A stretch of DNA of 17,367 nucleotides from Candidatus Undinarchaeales archaeon. Its GTDB lineage: Archaea > SpSt-1190 > JASMDC01. The stretch is from positions 1-17,367 of the forward strand of contig JASMDC010000059.1 in NCBI GenBank assembly GCA_030753015.1. Reading direction: 5' to 3'. This document shows, in pieces, positions 7,597-15,367 of this stretch. The position numbers and the translations under genes are program-made. Within the stretch, counting starts at the first letter, position 1. Every line of letters begins with the position of its first letter. Below the pieces are notes generated by a model, which was given only the letters and a program-made list of their open reading frames with translations, was not told where the DNA came from and searched no databases.

Positions 7597-10065
7597 ATGA
7601 TGCTCCTGGCCATCCACGGACACGAACGCAAGGCCGGGACCTGGCGGATCGAGCACATCCGTGCCACGAATGCCGGTTCGGTGCGTCACATAGATCCGGT
7701 GCGTCGGATGACGGTGAAGATGGACATGTCCGACCTCACCCCTGTGAAGTACTACACCGACGTCGAGGGACGGCGCGAGTTCGACGAGCCCCGCTCCTTC
7801 ATCGACCATCTCCGCAAGGCCAAGCACATCCTCCTCGAGGACGACTCGCTCACACAATTGCTCGAGCGCTACCAGCTTGAGGGCGAGACGGCGTCCTTCT
7901 GCCGACACTGTTTTCTGGCAGAACGGGCCACTGTGCTGGACGAGAGCGACATCCAGTGGGGCTCCGAACGGCTGTGCCTGGACTGCGCTGAGCACGAGAT
8001 GAAGCACGAGTTCCGCAGCTGGTTCGGCAGGAACGTGGACTCGGACCTCAAGCCCTTCATCAGGAAGGCGGGAGAGCTGGACGCCGCGATGAAGCTCTTT
8101 GATCCCCGCATCGATCCTCTGACCACTCCCGAGAAGAGCCTCCACTCGGTCGTGAAGCCCAAGAAGGACGCAGTGCGCTGCCTGCAGGTCGCACGGCTCC
8201 CCATCCCTGGCGGAATGAAGGCTACCCTGAAGAAGGTGGGTGTCAAGGAGCTCACACCGGTCCAATCGCTCGCCGTCAAGGCCGGGCTCCTGGATGGGAA
8301 TGACCTTTTGGTCGTCTCCGCCACGGCCTCGGGGAAGACCCTTGTCGGTGAGCTCGCGGGCGTGCCCCGGGCGCTCGACGGTCGCCGGCTCCTGTTCCTC
8401 GTGCCCCTGGTGGCGCTTGCCAACCAAAAGTACAACGAGTTCACCGAGCGGTACGGTCCTCTAGGGCTCACCGTGTCCCTTCGCGTGGGCTTCTCGCGCC
8501 TCGAGATGGTGTCCGGCGTGAACCGGGACCATGCAGCGGACATCGTGGTCGGTACGTACGAGGGTGTGGACCACCTCATGCGCTGCGGCACGCGGCCCGA
8601 CAACGTCGGCTGCGTTGTCATCGACGAGGTCCACATGCTCGGTTCCGATGAGCGGGGCCCACGGCTCGACGGCTTCCTGGCGCGTCTGCGGACGTTCTAC
8701 CCTGACGCCCAGTTCGTGGGCCTCTCCGCCTCGGTCGGGAACCCGCGTCGCCTCGCCGAGTCACTGGGGACCGAGCTGGTGGAGCATGCCGGACGACCGG
8801 TCGCCCTGGAACGCCACCTGGTGATCGTGCGCGATGCCAACGACAAGCAGCGACAGCTGGAGCGGTACTGCGCTCGCGAGTGGAACACCCGCGCCAAGGG
8901 CGGCGTGCGCGGCCAGTCGCTCGTGTTCACCAATGCCCGTCGCAAGGCGGAAGAGCAGGCAAGGACGCTGACGAAAGCAGGCATCCCGTCCAAGGCCTAC
9001 CACTCCGGCCTCACCTACGCCAAACGCAAGGAGGTCGAGCGCGAGTTCATGTCGCGTGCCATCGGCGCGGTAGTGAGCACCGCAGCATTGGGGGCGGGTA
9101 TCGACTTTCCCGCGTCGCAGGTGGTGTTCGAGTCGCTGGCCATGGGTATCGAGTGGCTCACCGTGCAGGAGTTCCAGCAGATGGCGGGGCGTGCGGGCAG
9201 GCCCACCTACCATTCCCGGGGGCTTGCAGTAGTGCTCGCGGAAGTTGGACGCGGCCTCCATCCGTCGATCGGTGGCACGGAGGAGTCCATGGCGTTCCGT
9301 CTAATGGAGGGCACCCTAGAGCCCGTGGACGTGGAGTACTCCAAGGACGCCGATGACGAGCAGGTGCTCGCAACGATGGTGTGCGGAGTGCCTGCCGACG
9401 ACGTGGACGGGCTGCTCCATCGTGCGGTGGGGTTCGACGCGGACGTTGATCCAATCATCGAAGGGCTCGTGCGCGCGGGGCTCGTTGCGGACGGGCGGCC
9501 CACGCCACTGGGCGAGGTGGCGTCACGGCACTTCCTCACCATCGAACAGGTCGACCTCATGGTGGACACGATCGGTAAGGAGCCCGAGGAGTTCGTGGAA
9601 CGGGCGCGCCCCTTCGACCGGGCGTACCTCGGCCGCGGCCTTTCTCGGACCATCGAGGGGATACTGGGCATCCGGGCGCCCACGCGGTTCTTCGACGGCA
9701 GGTTCCTCGACATCTACCAGCGGAACCGGGACCAGCTCGAGGCACGTATGGGCCGGTACGTGCGCATGGTCACCAAGGCGTTCTTCTCCTGCCATTGCCG
9801 GGGCCGTCCATTCTGCGGGTGCCCCGAGCGGCGGTTCACGGAGTACCTGCTCACCCTCCGGCGCCGTGGTCTCGATCCCCGGGCCATGGCGAAGCAGGCA
9901 CAGAAGGACTACTGGCTCAAGGTCTACTCGGGCGACGTCATCCGCTGGCTGGACGATGTCATCCGCTGGCTCGAGGCCAGGGAGGCGGTGGCCCGCATCC
10001 TGGATGAAGGGAAGGTCGGGCGTGAGACCCGTGATCTACGCAATAAATTACAGGGAAGGATCTAA
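7597..10065 (+). CDS. Archaea-specific Ski2-like SF2 DEVH-box helicase (ASH-Ski2/COG1202-like, C-terminal DUF5814-like Cys domain)
   Basis: Start reassigned to ATG 7597/7600 because the upstream extension overlaps ssb antisense. Q motif LTPVQ, Walker A SATASGKT, DEVH, LSAS, YHSGL, LGAGIDFPASQV, QMAGRAGR; N-terminal CRHC...CLDC and C-terminal CHCRGRPFCGCPE Cys clusters. Confidence 0.9.
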   Translation: MMLLAIHGHERKAGTWRIEHIRATNAGSVRHIDPVRRMTVKMDMSDLTPVKYYTDVEGRREFDEPRSFIDHLRKAKHILLEDDSLTQLLERYQLEGETASFCRHCFLAERATVLDESDIQWGSERLCLDCAEHEMKHEFRSWFGRNVDSDLKPFIRKAGELDAAMKLFDPRIDPLTTPEKSLHSVVKPKKDAVRCLQVARLPIPGGMKATLKKVGVKELTPVQSLAVKAGLLDGNDLLVVSATASGKTLVGELAGVPRALDGRRLLFLVPLVALANQKYNEFTERYGPLGLTVSLRVGFSRLEMVSGVNRDHAADIVVGTYEGVDHLMRCGTRPDNVGCVVIDEVHMLGSDERGPRLDGFLARLRTFYPDAQFVGLSASVGNPRRLAESLGTELVEHAGRPVALERHLVIVRDANDKQRQLERYCAREWNTRAKGGVRGQSLVFTNARRKAEEQARTLTKAGIPSKAYHSGLTYAKRKEVEREFMSRAIGAVVSTAALGAGIDFPASQVVFESLAMGIEWLTVQEFQQMAGRAGRPTYHSRGLAVVLAEVGRGLHPSIGGTEESMAFRLMEGTLEPVDVEYSKDADDEQVLATMVCGVPADDVDGLLHRAVGFDADVDPIIEGLVRAGLVADGRPTPLGEVASRHFLTIEQVDLMVDTIGKEPEEFVERARPFDRAYLGRGLSRTIEGILGIRAPTRFFDGRFLDIYQRNRDQLEARMGRYVRMVTKAFFSCHCRGRPFCGCPERRFTEYLLTLRRRGLDPRAMAKQAQKDYWLKVYSGDVIRWLDDVIRWLEAREAVARILDEGKVGRETRDLRNKLQGRI

Positions 10066-10185
10066 TTCGGATATTTTTAAGCCGTATGGGATATATTTTG
10101 TCTATTTATGGATACATATGGGGTGTATTTTTAAAAAGAATGACAAACTATATGAAGTAGCTTAGACATAATTATTATCGGGGAT
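10066..10185. promoter_or_regulatory. AT-rich intergenic island with T-tracts, TATA-like boxes and repeated GGATA motifs
   Basis: Sharp AT enrichment against GC-rich flanks; GGATA at 10069, 10089, 10110; TTTTTAAAAAG at 10128-10138; ATAATTATTAT at 10168-10178. Confidence 0.55.
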
Positions 10186-10221
10186 CTGAAAACCTCGTCC
10201 GCCCCCCACGGTGGCTTTGCG

Positions 10222-10332
10222 ATGCTCGATGTCACAGTCGTACAACTATCTCTGCTGATACTGGGTCTGATCCATATCCTGGACCGGCAGTTGCTGTGGG
10301 GCCATCCGAAACCGTTCTCCCGGGACCTGTGA
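10222..10332 (+). CDS. Putative small hydrophobic protein (36 aa)
   Basis: Hand translation: MLDVTVVQLSLLILGLIHILDRQLLWGHPKPFSRDL*; N-terminal hydrophobic helix; lies downstream of the AT-rich promoter-like region; no clear SD. Confidence 0.4.
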   Translation: MLDVTVVQLSLLILGLIHILDRQLLWGHPKPFSRDL

Positions 10333-10357
10333 GCGACCGGTCCGGGGGGTGAATACC

Positions 10358-10483
10358 ATGGGTATCGAGACCGTCATCTTCCTGGTGTTACTTGTTCTCG
10401 CACTTCTGGTGCTCGGTGCGATCTACATCTCGTCAGGACAGGGTGAGTGGCGGTACGATGCCCGGTTCTCCGGCGAGAAGTAG
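10358..10483 (+). CDS. Small single-pass membrane protein (41 aa)
   Basis: Hand translation: MGIETVIFLVLLVLALLVLGAIYISSGQGEWRYDARFSGEK*; strong archaeal SD GGGGGTGA just upstream (ending at 10352); ~20-residue hydrophobic segment; fills the gap before the convergent gene. Confidence 0.7.
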   Translation: MGIETVIFLVLLVLALLVLGAIYISSGQGEWRYDARFSGEK

Positions 10484-10500
10484 GAGCACGTCGCAGGAGT

Positions 10501-11331
10501 TCAACCGAACCTGAACAGGATGCAGGGACCTGCCTTCTTCCCCACCCATTTCACCGCTCGCCCCTCCTTGAGGAACACGACCTCCTCGTCGTCGAGGCGT
10601 ACGGTGTCGAAGTCGGGCAGGTCGAGCGCGGCCGGACGGAGGGCCACGGAGATGTCACGAACCTCGTTGTCCTTCACCACGCCATCGGTGAGGAGCACCT
10701 CCCTCCCGTCGCCGAGGTAGAGGAGGGGGGACGCAAGGTAGCGCAGCATATCCTTCTCGAACGCGGGGTCGTGCTCGCACAAAAGCTTGCGGACCGTCTT
10801 CCCGAGCGATACTGCCTGCGGACATGCGTACGAACAGGGGAAGTTCGAGATGAACCCGTGCCCGGTGATGCCCCGTAGCAGAGAGTGGGCGTGGATATCG
10901 AACCTTTTGGAGCGTCCGTGGATCGCTACCGGGATGTCACGCTTGGGCTGGGCGACGTAGAACTCGATGCAGCATTCGGGATAACCGAGAACGCTGCCGA
11001 GACGGGCTATGTGCCCATCCTCCTCGTGCCGGCGAGCACGTATGCAGCCTTCCCGTGTGCCGATGTACACGATCCGGCGATCGGCGCCGGGGTGGCAGGA
11101 GGGCACCCGCTCGAAGGTCCCGCTCGGGTGGAGCGCCACACGCTCGGTTGAGATGATCAGGTCGAGATCCAGACGCTTTGCAGCCTCTTTGAGCCCCGGG
11201 ACCTCGCTCTCACGTGCGATGTCGCGTACCGACTCGCGGAGGCCTGCCCTGAGGGCGAGTATCTCGCAGAGCATACCGTGAGCGGCGAGCGTTGCCAGCG
11301 CGTCATCCTCGCTCGATGCGTCCGTCGTCAC
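10501..11331 (-). CDS. Hypothetical protein with DUF483-like LGYPECC motif
   Basis: LGSVLGYPECCIEFY and FISNFPCSYAC motifs; GTG start uncertain; TTCATAAAG TATA-like element ~23 nt upstream. Confidence 0.6.
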   Translation of the reverse strand: MTTDASSEDDALATLAAHGMLCEILALRAGLRESVRDIARESEVPGLKEAAKRLDLDLIISTERVALHPSGTFERVPSCHPGADRRIVYIGTREGCIRARRHEEDGHIARLGSVLGYPECCIEFYVAQPKRDIPVAIHGRSKRFDIHAHSLLRGITGHGFISNFPCSYACPQAVSLGKTVRKLLCEHDPAFEKDMLRYLASPLLYLGDGREVLLTDGVVKDNEVRDISVALRPAALDLPDFDTVRLDDEEVVFLKEGRAVKWVGKKAGPCILFRFG

Positions 11332-11375
11332 CGCAGGAGTGTCCGCGGCCCAGCTTTATGAACCTGACTATGCTG

Positions 11376-12746
11376 CTAGGCAGACCGCTTGAACCGGGAC
11401 TGGAAGTGGCGGAGGATGGGCGCCTCGTACTCGAAGTCAAGGCCCTGGACATCGTGTCGCCGCCCCCACACACCAGCGACGGTGTCGGCGATGTAGTCCA
11501 TGTGCTCCTGGGTGTACACGCGGCGGGGGATGGTAAGACGCGTGAGCTCCAGGGCCGGGTGGATGTTCTCTCCGGTGTCCGGGTCACGTCCTGCGAGCAG
11601 GGTACCGATCTCTACCGAGCGCACACCGCCCTCGAGGTATAGCTCCACGCACAGGGTGTGGGCGGGGAACATGTCCTGAGTGATGTGGGGGAAGAACGTC
11701 TTGGCGTCGATGTAGATGGCATGCCCTCCAACGGGCTTGACGATTGGAACCCCTGTCGCCTCCAGACGCCGGCCCAGGTACTCGATCTGGCCGATACGGT
11801 AGGCGAGATACGGCTCCTCGATGGCCTCGTACAGCCCGCGCGCCATCGCCTCGATGTCCCGGCCGTTCATGCCGCCGTAGGTCGGGAAGCCCTCGAACAG
11901 CACACAGATGGGGCACAGCTTCTGGTACAGTTCCTCGTCGCGCAGGGCCAGGAAACCGCCCATGTTGACGATGGCGTCCTTCTTCGCGCTCATCAGCACG
12001 CCGTCGACGCACGAGAATATGTTGCGCACGATATCGCGGATGGACTTGTTCTTCTGCTCGGGCTCCCTGGTCTTGATGAACCAGGCGTTCTCGGCGTACC
12101 TGGCTGCGTCGATGTAGAGCAGGACCTTGTGCTCGTGGCAGATGGCCGACACGTCACGGATGTTCTGGAGGGATACCGGCTGGCCGCCGCCCGAGTTGTT
12201 CGTGATGGTGATCAGAACGTAGGCGACGTTCAACGGGTCCGGCTCGATGACGGCGCGCAGCTTGTCCAAGTCCAGATCCCCCTTGAAGGGGAGCTCGGCC
12301 GCGGGGTCGTGGATGGCATCGATGGTGCAGTCCACGGCCCGTCCGCCGAGGACCTCGATGTGGGCCTTTGTGGTGTCGAAGTGGATGTTGCCCGGGACGG
12401 TCTGGCCTTCCTTGAGCAGGACGCGGTTGAGCACCTGCTCGGCACCCCTCCCCTGGTGGCAGGGGATGACGAACTCGAACCCCATGATGTCCTTGACGGT
12501 GTTACGGAGGTTGTGGAAGTTGCGCGAGCCCGCGTACGACTCGTCGCCCAGCATGATGCCCGCCCACTGGTTGTCGCTCATGGCACCCGTACCGCTGTCG
12601 GTGAGAAGATCGATGAACACGTCCTTGGAGTTGAGGAGGAAGGGATTGAAACCGGCCTCGACGATCGCCCGCTCGCGCTCCTCCCGAGGTATGAGCTTGA
12701 TGGGCTCGACCATCTTGATCTTGTAGGGCGGTATCATCCGTTCCAT
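11376..12746 (-). CDS. tnaA: Tryptophanase (PLP-dependent beta-eliminating lyase)
   Basis: Start reassigned to ATG 12746. PYKIKMVE, FIDLLTDSGT, GDESYAGS, HQGRGAE, MSAKKD (PLP Lys), GFPTYGG. Tryptophanase-type residues VEIG (tyrosine phenol-lyase has MERG) and LRHF (TPL has LRFF). Confidence 0.9.
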   Translation of the reverse strand: MERMIPPYKIKMVEPIKLIPREERERAIVEAGFNPFLLNSKDVFIDLLTDSGTGAMSDNQWAGIMLGDESYAGSRNFHNLRNTVKDIMGFEFVIPCHQGRGAEQVLNRVLLKEGQTVPGNIHFDTTKAHIEVLGGRAVDCTIDAIHDPAAELPFKGDLDLDKLRAVIEPDPLNVAYVLITITNNSGGGQPVSLQNIRDVSAICHEHKVLLYIDAARYAENAWFIKTREPEQKNKSIRDIVRNIFSCVDGVLMSAKKDAIVNMGGFLALRDEELYQKLCPICVLFEGFPTYGGMNGRDIEAMARGLYEAIEEPYLAYRIGQIEYLGRRLEATGVPIVKPVGGHAIYIDAKTFFPHITQDMFPAHTLCVELYLEGGVRSVEIGTLLAGRDPDTGENIHPALELTRLTIPRRVYTQEHMDYIADTVAGVWGRRHDVQGLDFEYEAPILRHFQSRFKRSA

Positions 12747-12768
12747 GCAGCCAGCCTGCGGGAGTAGA

Positions 12769-12775
12769 CTTAAAA
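12769..12775 (-). promoter_or_regulatory. Putative TATA box of tnaA
   Basis: TTTTAAG on the minus strand, 23-29 nt upstream of ATG 12746 (leaderless geometry). Confidence 0.5.
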
Positions 12776-12831
12776 GAGGACCCGGGAGGCGTGCCACCAT
12801 GGGACAGGGCCGTGTTGTGGCCTGCAGGTTC

Positions 12832-12846
12832 GAAAACTATATATAC
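12832..12846 (+). promoter_or_regulatory. Putative BRE+TATA for glycine-zipper protein gene
   Basis: GAAAAC-TATATATA, ~35 nt upstream of ATG 12879. Confidence 0.55.
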
Positions 12847-12878
12847 CGCCTGTCCTGCCGAGATTGTCGGACAGGGCG

Positions 12879-13700
12879 ATGGATTCTATCGTGAGCAACG
12901 AGTACTTGGACCTCGACCTCGAGGTCTATCAACCAGACGACCTCGTGCCCGGCCAGGACTCGTGCAACCTCGCCTTCGACGTCCATATCGACGGAAAGAG
13001 GGTCGACAAGGTCAAGTACGACCTGGAGTTCCATGCACCGTCCTACGGCGACATCCCGCCCGAGATCAAGTTCTCCGAGGACTTCTCCAACGGCCAGACA
13101 CGCTACCGGGGCAAGGAGGTCAAGGCATTCATCGGCACGTCCCTTGTCCAGGGGACCAAGGAGTTCCTCAAGGCCGGGTTCCTCGCAGGCGGCGCCTTCC
13201 TCGGCCTGGCAGCGGGCCCGTACGGTCCACTGGCCGCGGTAGGGCTGGGTGCTGCGGGCGCCACGGTCGGACGGTACCTCGGTGACAGGCTCGGCGACTA
13301 CGTGGAGTCCAAGCAGACGTACAAGTTCTTCCAGGAGCAGGACTGGGGCAAGCGCTCCTTTGGCACCAGCCGCGCCACCATGGACCGCCTCGAAGAGGAC
13401 TATCTCAACCTGCCCGACGAGATCGCGCCGTCCGCCGAGTACAACGAACGCATCCTGCACGCCAAGCTCAAGCTCAACCCGGACGCCGGCCCCGTCGTCG
13501 ACAACACCTTCGTTAGCGTCCGCTACGACGTGCGCCACGACAAGGACCACTACATGCCCTTCAGCCTGACGGTGAAGTACAAGCCCAAGGGCGAGAAGCG
13601 GCAGGAGAAGGTGGTCCGCGGGTACGCTGTGTTCCACGACGATGTGTTCTCGCGTGTGGAGCTGCTTAAGGAAGGGGAGCCCGGGGCAGAGGACTGCTAG
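12879..13700 (+). CDS. Hypothetical protein with central glycine-zipper hydrophobic hairpin
   Basis: Strong C/G third-position codon bias; AGFLAGGAFLGLAAGPYGPLAAVGLGAAGATVGRYLG (GxxxG repeats) between two polar, beta-rich-looking regions; no signal peptide. Confidence 0.75.
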   Translation: MDSIVSNEYLDLDLEVYQPDDLVPGQDSCNLAFDVHIDGKRVDKVKYDLEFHAPSYGDIPPEIKFSEDFSNGQTRYRGKEVKAFIGTSLVQGTKEFLKAGFLAGGAFLGLAAGPYGPLAAVGLGAAGATVGRYLGDRLGDYVESKQTYKFFQEQDWGKRSFGTSRATMDRLEEDYLNLPDEIAPSAEYNERILHAKLKLNPDAGPVVDNTFVSVRYDVRHDKDHYMPFSLTVKYKPKGEKRQEKVVRGYAVFHDDVFSRVELLKEGEPGAEDC

Positions 13701-13772
13701 ATCTTTCGCCCGGCACCTGCCAGACGACCATTTGGACATGTGTCAGCCTTGCCGAGCTCGTCCTCACTTGGA

Positions 13773-13808
13773 GAAAAGGTGGTGAAGGGGGCCCGCAGAC
13801 CCCCTTCA
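13773..13808 (-). terminator. Hairpin terminator between convergent genes
   Basis: Perfect 9-bp stem TGAAGGGGG (13783-13791) / CCCCCTTCA (13800-13808), 8-nt loop, followed on the minus strand by CCACCTTTTCT; 13 nt after the DUF35 stop. Confidence 0.65.
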
Positions 13809-13821
13809 ATCCATTATAGGT

Positions 13822-14184
13822 TCACCCCTTGGGCCTGAACCTGAAGCCCTCTATGGTCTCCTCGCCGAGCATGCGCAGCATGCCCCAGTCGGGGACGAGC
13901 TTCATGCCCATCTCGACATCTTCCGGCTTAGCAAGGACCTGTCCGGTGGCACGTACGGGTTCGTCGAAACCGTCGAAGGCCACGATGCCGAGCACCAGAG
14001 GCCTGGTCTTCACGCCTGTAGGCACTGCCGTGAGCACCGTGTAGGTGACAAGGCTCGCCTCGGCGCCCAGCGGCACCTCCTTGAAATCCCGCGCACCGCA
14101 CTTCGTGCACAAGTCGTGGGCGGGGTACATCACCTTGCCGCACGCAGTACACTGCATGCCCATCATCTTTCGTTCCTCGTCCAT
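13822..14184 (-). CDS. DUF35-family Zn-ribbon + OB-fold protein (thiolase partner)
   Basis: CTACGKVMYPAHDLCTKCG followed by LVTYTV..AVP.G...PLVLGIVAF...GQV...VEMGMKL...GFRFRP. Start reassigned to ATG 14184 (SD GAGGTGA at 14196-14190, 5-nt spacer). Confidence 0.92.
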   Translation of the reverse strand: MDEERKMMGMQCTACGKVMYPAHDLCTKCGARDFKEVPLGAEASLVTYTVLTAVPTGVKTRPLVLGIVAFDGFDEPVRATGQVLAKPEDVEMGMKLVPDWGMLRMLGEETIEGFRFRPKG

Positions 14185-14185
14185 C

Positions 14186-15364
14186 TCAGTCACCTCGCTC
14201 CAGGATGTGGGCGACGACGTTGTTGCCGAACCCGCCGAAGTTCACCGTGAAAGCGCGCTGGGCTCCGCTGACCTGCCGCCTACCGGCATCGCCGCGAAGC
14301 TGCCACGTGCACTCAACGAGCTGGGCCGCACCTGTCGCGCCGACAGGGTGGCCTCTTGCTTTGAGCCCGCCGGACGGATTGATCGGGAGCTTCCCGCCGA
14401 TCTGGGTGACGCCCTCGCGCAGCGCTGTCGCGCACTTCCCGGGCTCGAAGAAGCCGGCGTTCTCGCTCTCGGCGAACTCCAGGATGGTGAACGCGTCGTG
14501 CAGCTCCAGGAAGTCGATGTCCTTGCGCTCGACGCCCGCCATGGCAAACGCCCTGTCGGCAGCAATCTGCACGCTCTTGAGCACCAGCGGATCTGGCCGC
14601 TCGTGCACGGCATGCAGGTCGGTGCCCTGCCCCACGCCCGCGATGCGTACCGGGGTGTCGCAGAGCTCTTTTGCCTTCTCCAGCGGACAGAGGATGAACG
14701 CGGCAGCACCGTCGCTCACCGGGCACATGTCGTAGAGCCGGAGCGGATCAGCGATGACCGGGTTGTTGAGCTTTGCCTCACGCGAGAGCAGGATGCCCTC
14801 AAGGGCGATCTTCTGGTGGATGTGGGCGTAGGGGTTGAGCATACCGTTGGCATGGTTCTTCACGGCGACGTTGGCCAAATCCTCGCTGGTGATGCCGTAT
14901 TTGTCCATGTACAATCGTGCGAACATCCCCGCCAGCGACGGCAGGGTGACGCCGTGGATGTACTCGGCCTTCGGATGGCTCATCATGGCGACGAAGTCGG
15001 TGATGGTCCCGCCGGGAGCGACGCGCATGCGCTCGCCTCCGGCCACCAGCACGCAATCCGAGTAGCCCGATGCCACCTCGAAGAACCCCAGCTTGGCGGC
15101 GTTCTGGCCTGACGCTGGACCGTTCTCGATGGCCACGGCACTGGTCTTTCCAAGGAGCCCCAGCCGGTCGATGACGGCGGACGCGAGGGCGGTCTGGCGG
15201 TTGATTGCGCCGGCGCCCATGTTTGCCACGTACACCGAGTCGATGCCCGGGTTCCCGCAGTCGTCCATGGCAGCAAGACAGGCCTTGGCGATCATCTCGT
15301 CCAGTTCGTACGAGAGGCGCCCGAACTTGGTCATGCCAACGCCGACGATGGCGACGTCGCGCAC
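14186..15364 (-). CDS. Thiolase-fold protein (SCP2/archaeal type) lacking both catalytic cysteines
   Basis: VAIVGVGMTKFG, AVKNHANG..NPYAH, PLRLYDMCPVSDGAAA, ELHDAFT, PINPSGGLKARGHPVGATG; nucleophile site reads ENGPASG (Pro83, codon CCA at 15118-15116). Confidence 0.9.
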   Translation of the reverse strand: MRDVAIVGVGMTKFGRLSYELDEMIAKACLAAMDDCGNPGIDSVYVANMGAGAINRQTALASAVIDRLGLLGKTSAVAIENGPASGQNAAKLGFFEVASGYSDCVLVAGGERMRVAPGGTITDFVAMMSHPKAEYIHGVTLPSLAGMFARLYMDKYGITSEDLANVAVKNHANGMLNPYAHIHQKIALEGILLSREAKLNNPVIADPLRLYDMCPVSDGAAAFILCPLEKAKELCDTPVRIAGVGQGTDLHAVHERPDPLVLKSVQIAADRAFAMAGVERKDIDFLELHDAFTILEFAESENAGFFEPGKCATALREGVTQIGGKLPINPSGGLKARGHPVGATGAAQLVECTWQLRGDAGRRQVSGAQRAFTVNFGGFGNNVVAHILERGD

Positions 15365-15367
15365 GGT

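Noticed and set aside
10358-10483. Type IV pilin / class III signal peptide
   Set aside because: No basic leader before the Gly and the protein is too short for a pilin globular domain.
11376-12746. Tyrosine phenol-lyase
   Set aside because: Has VEIG and LRHF rather than the TPL-type MERG and LRFF.
11658-12767. 369-aa plus-strand ORF opposite tnaA
   Set aside because: Antisense shadow of a strongly biased real gene; no motifs or start signals.
14045-15112. 355-aa plus-strand ORF opposite the thiolase-fold gene
   Set aside because: Antisense shadow.
13822-15364. Standard mevalonate-pathway acetoacetyl-CoA thiolase/DUF35 locus
   Set aside because: No adjacent HMG-CoA synthase and the catalytic cysteines are missing.
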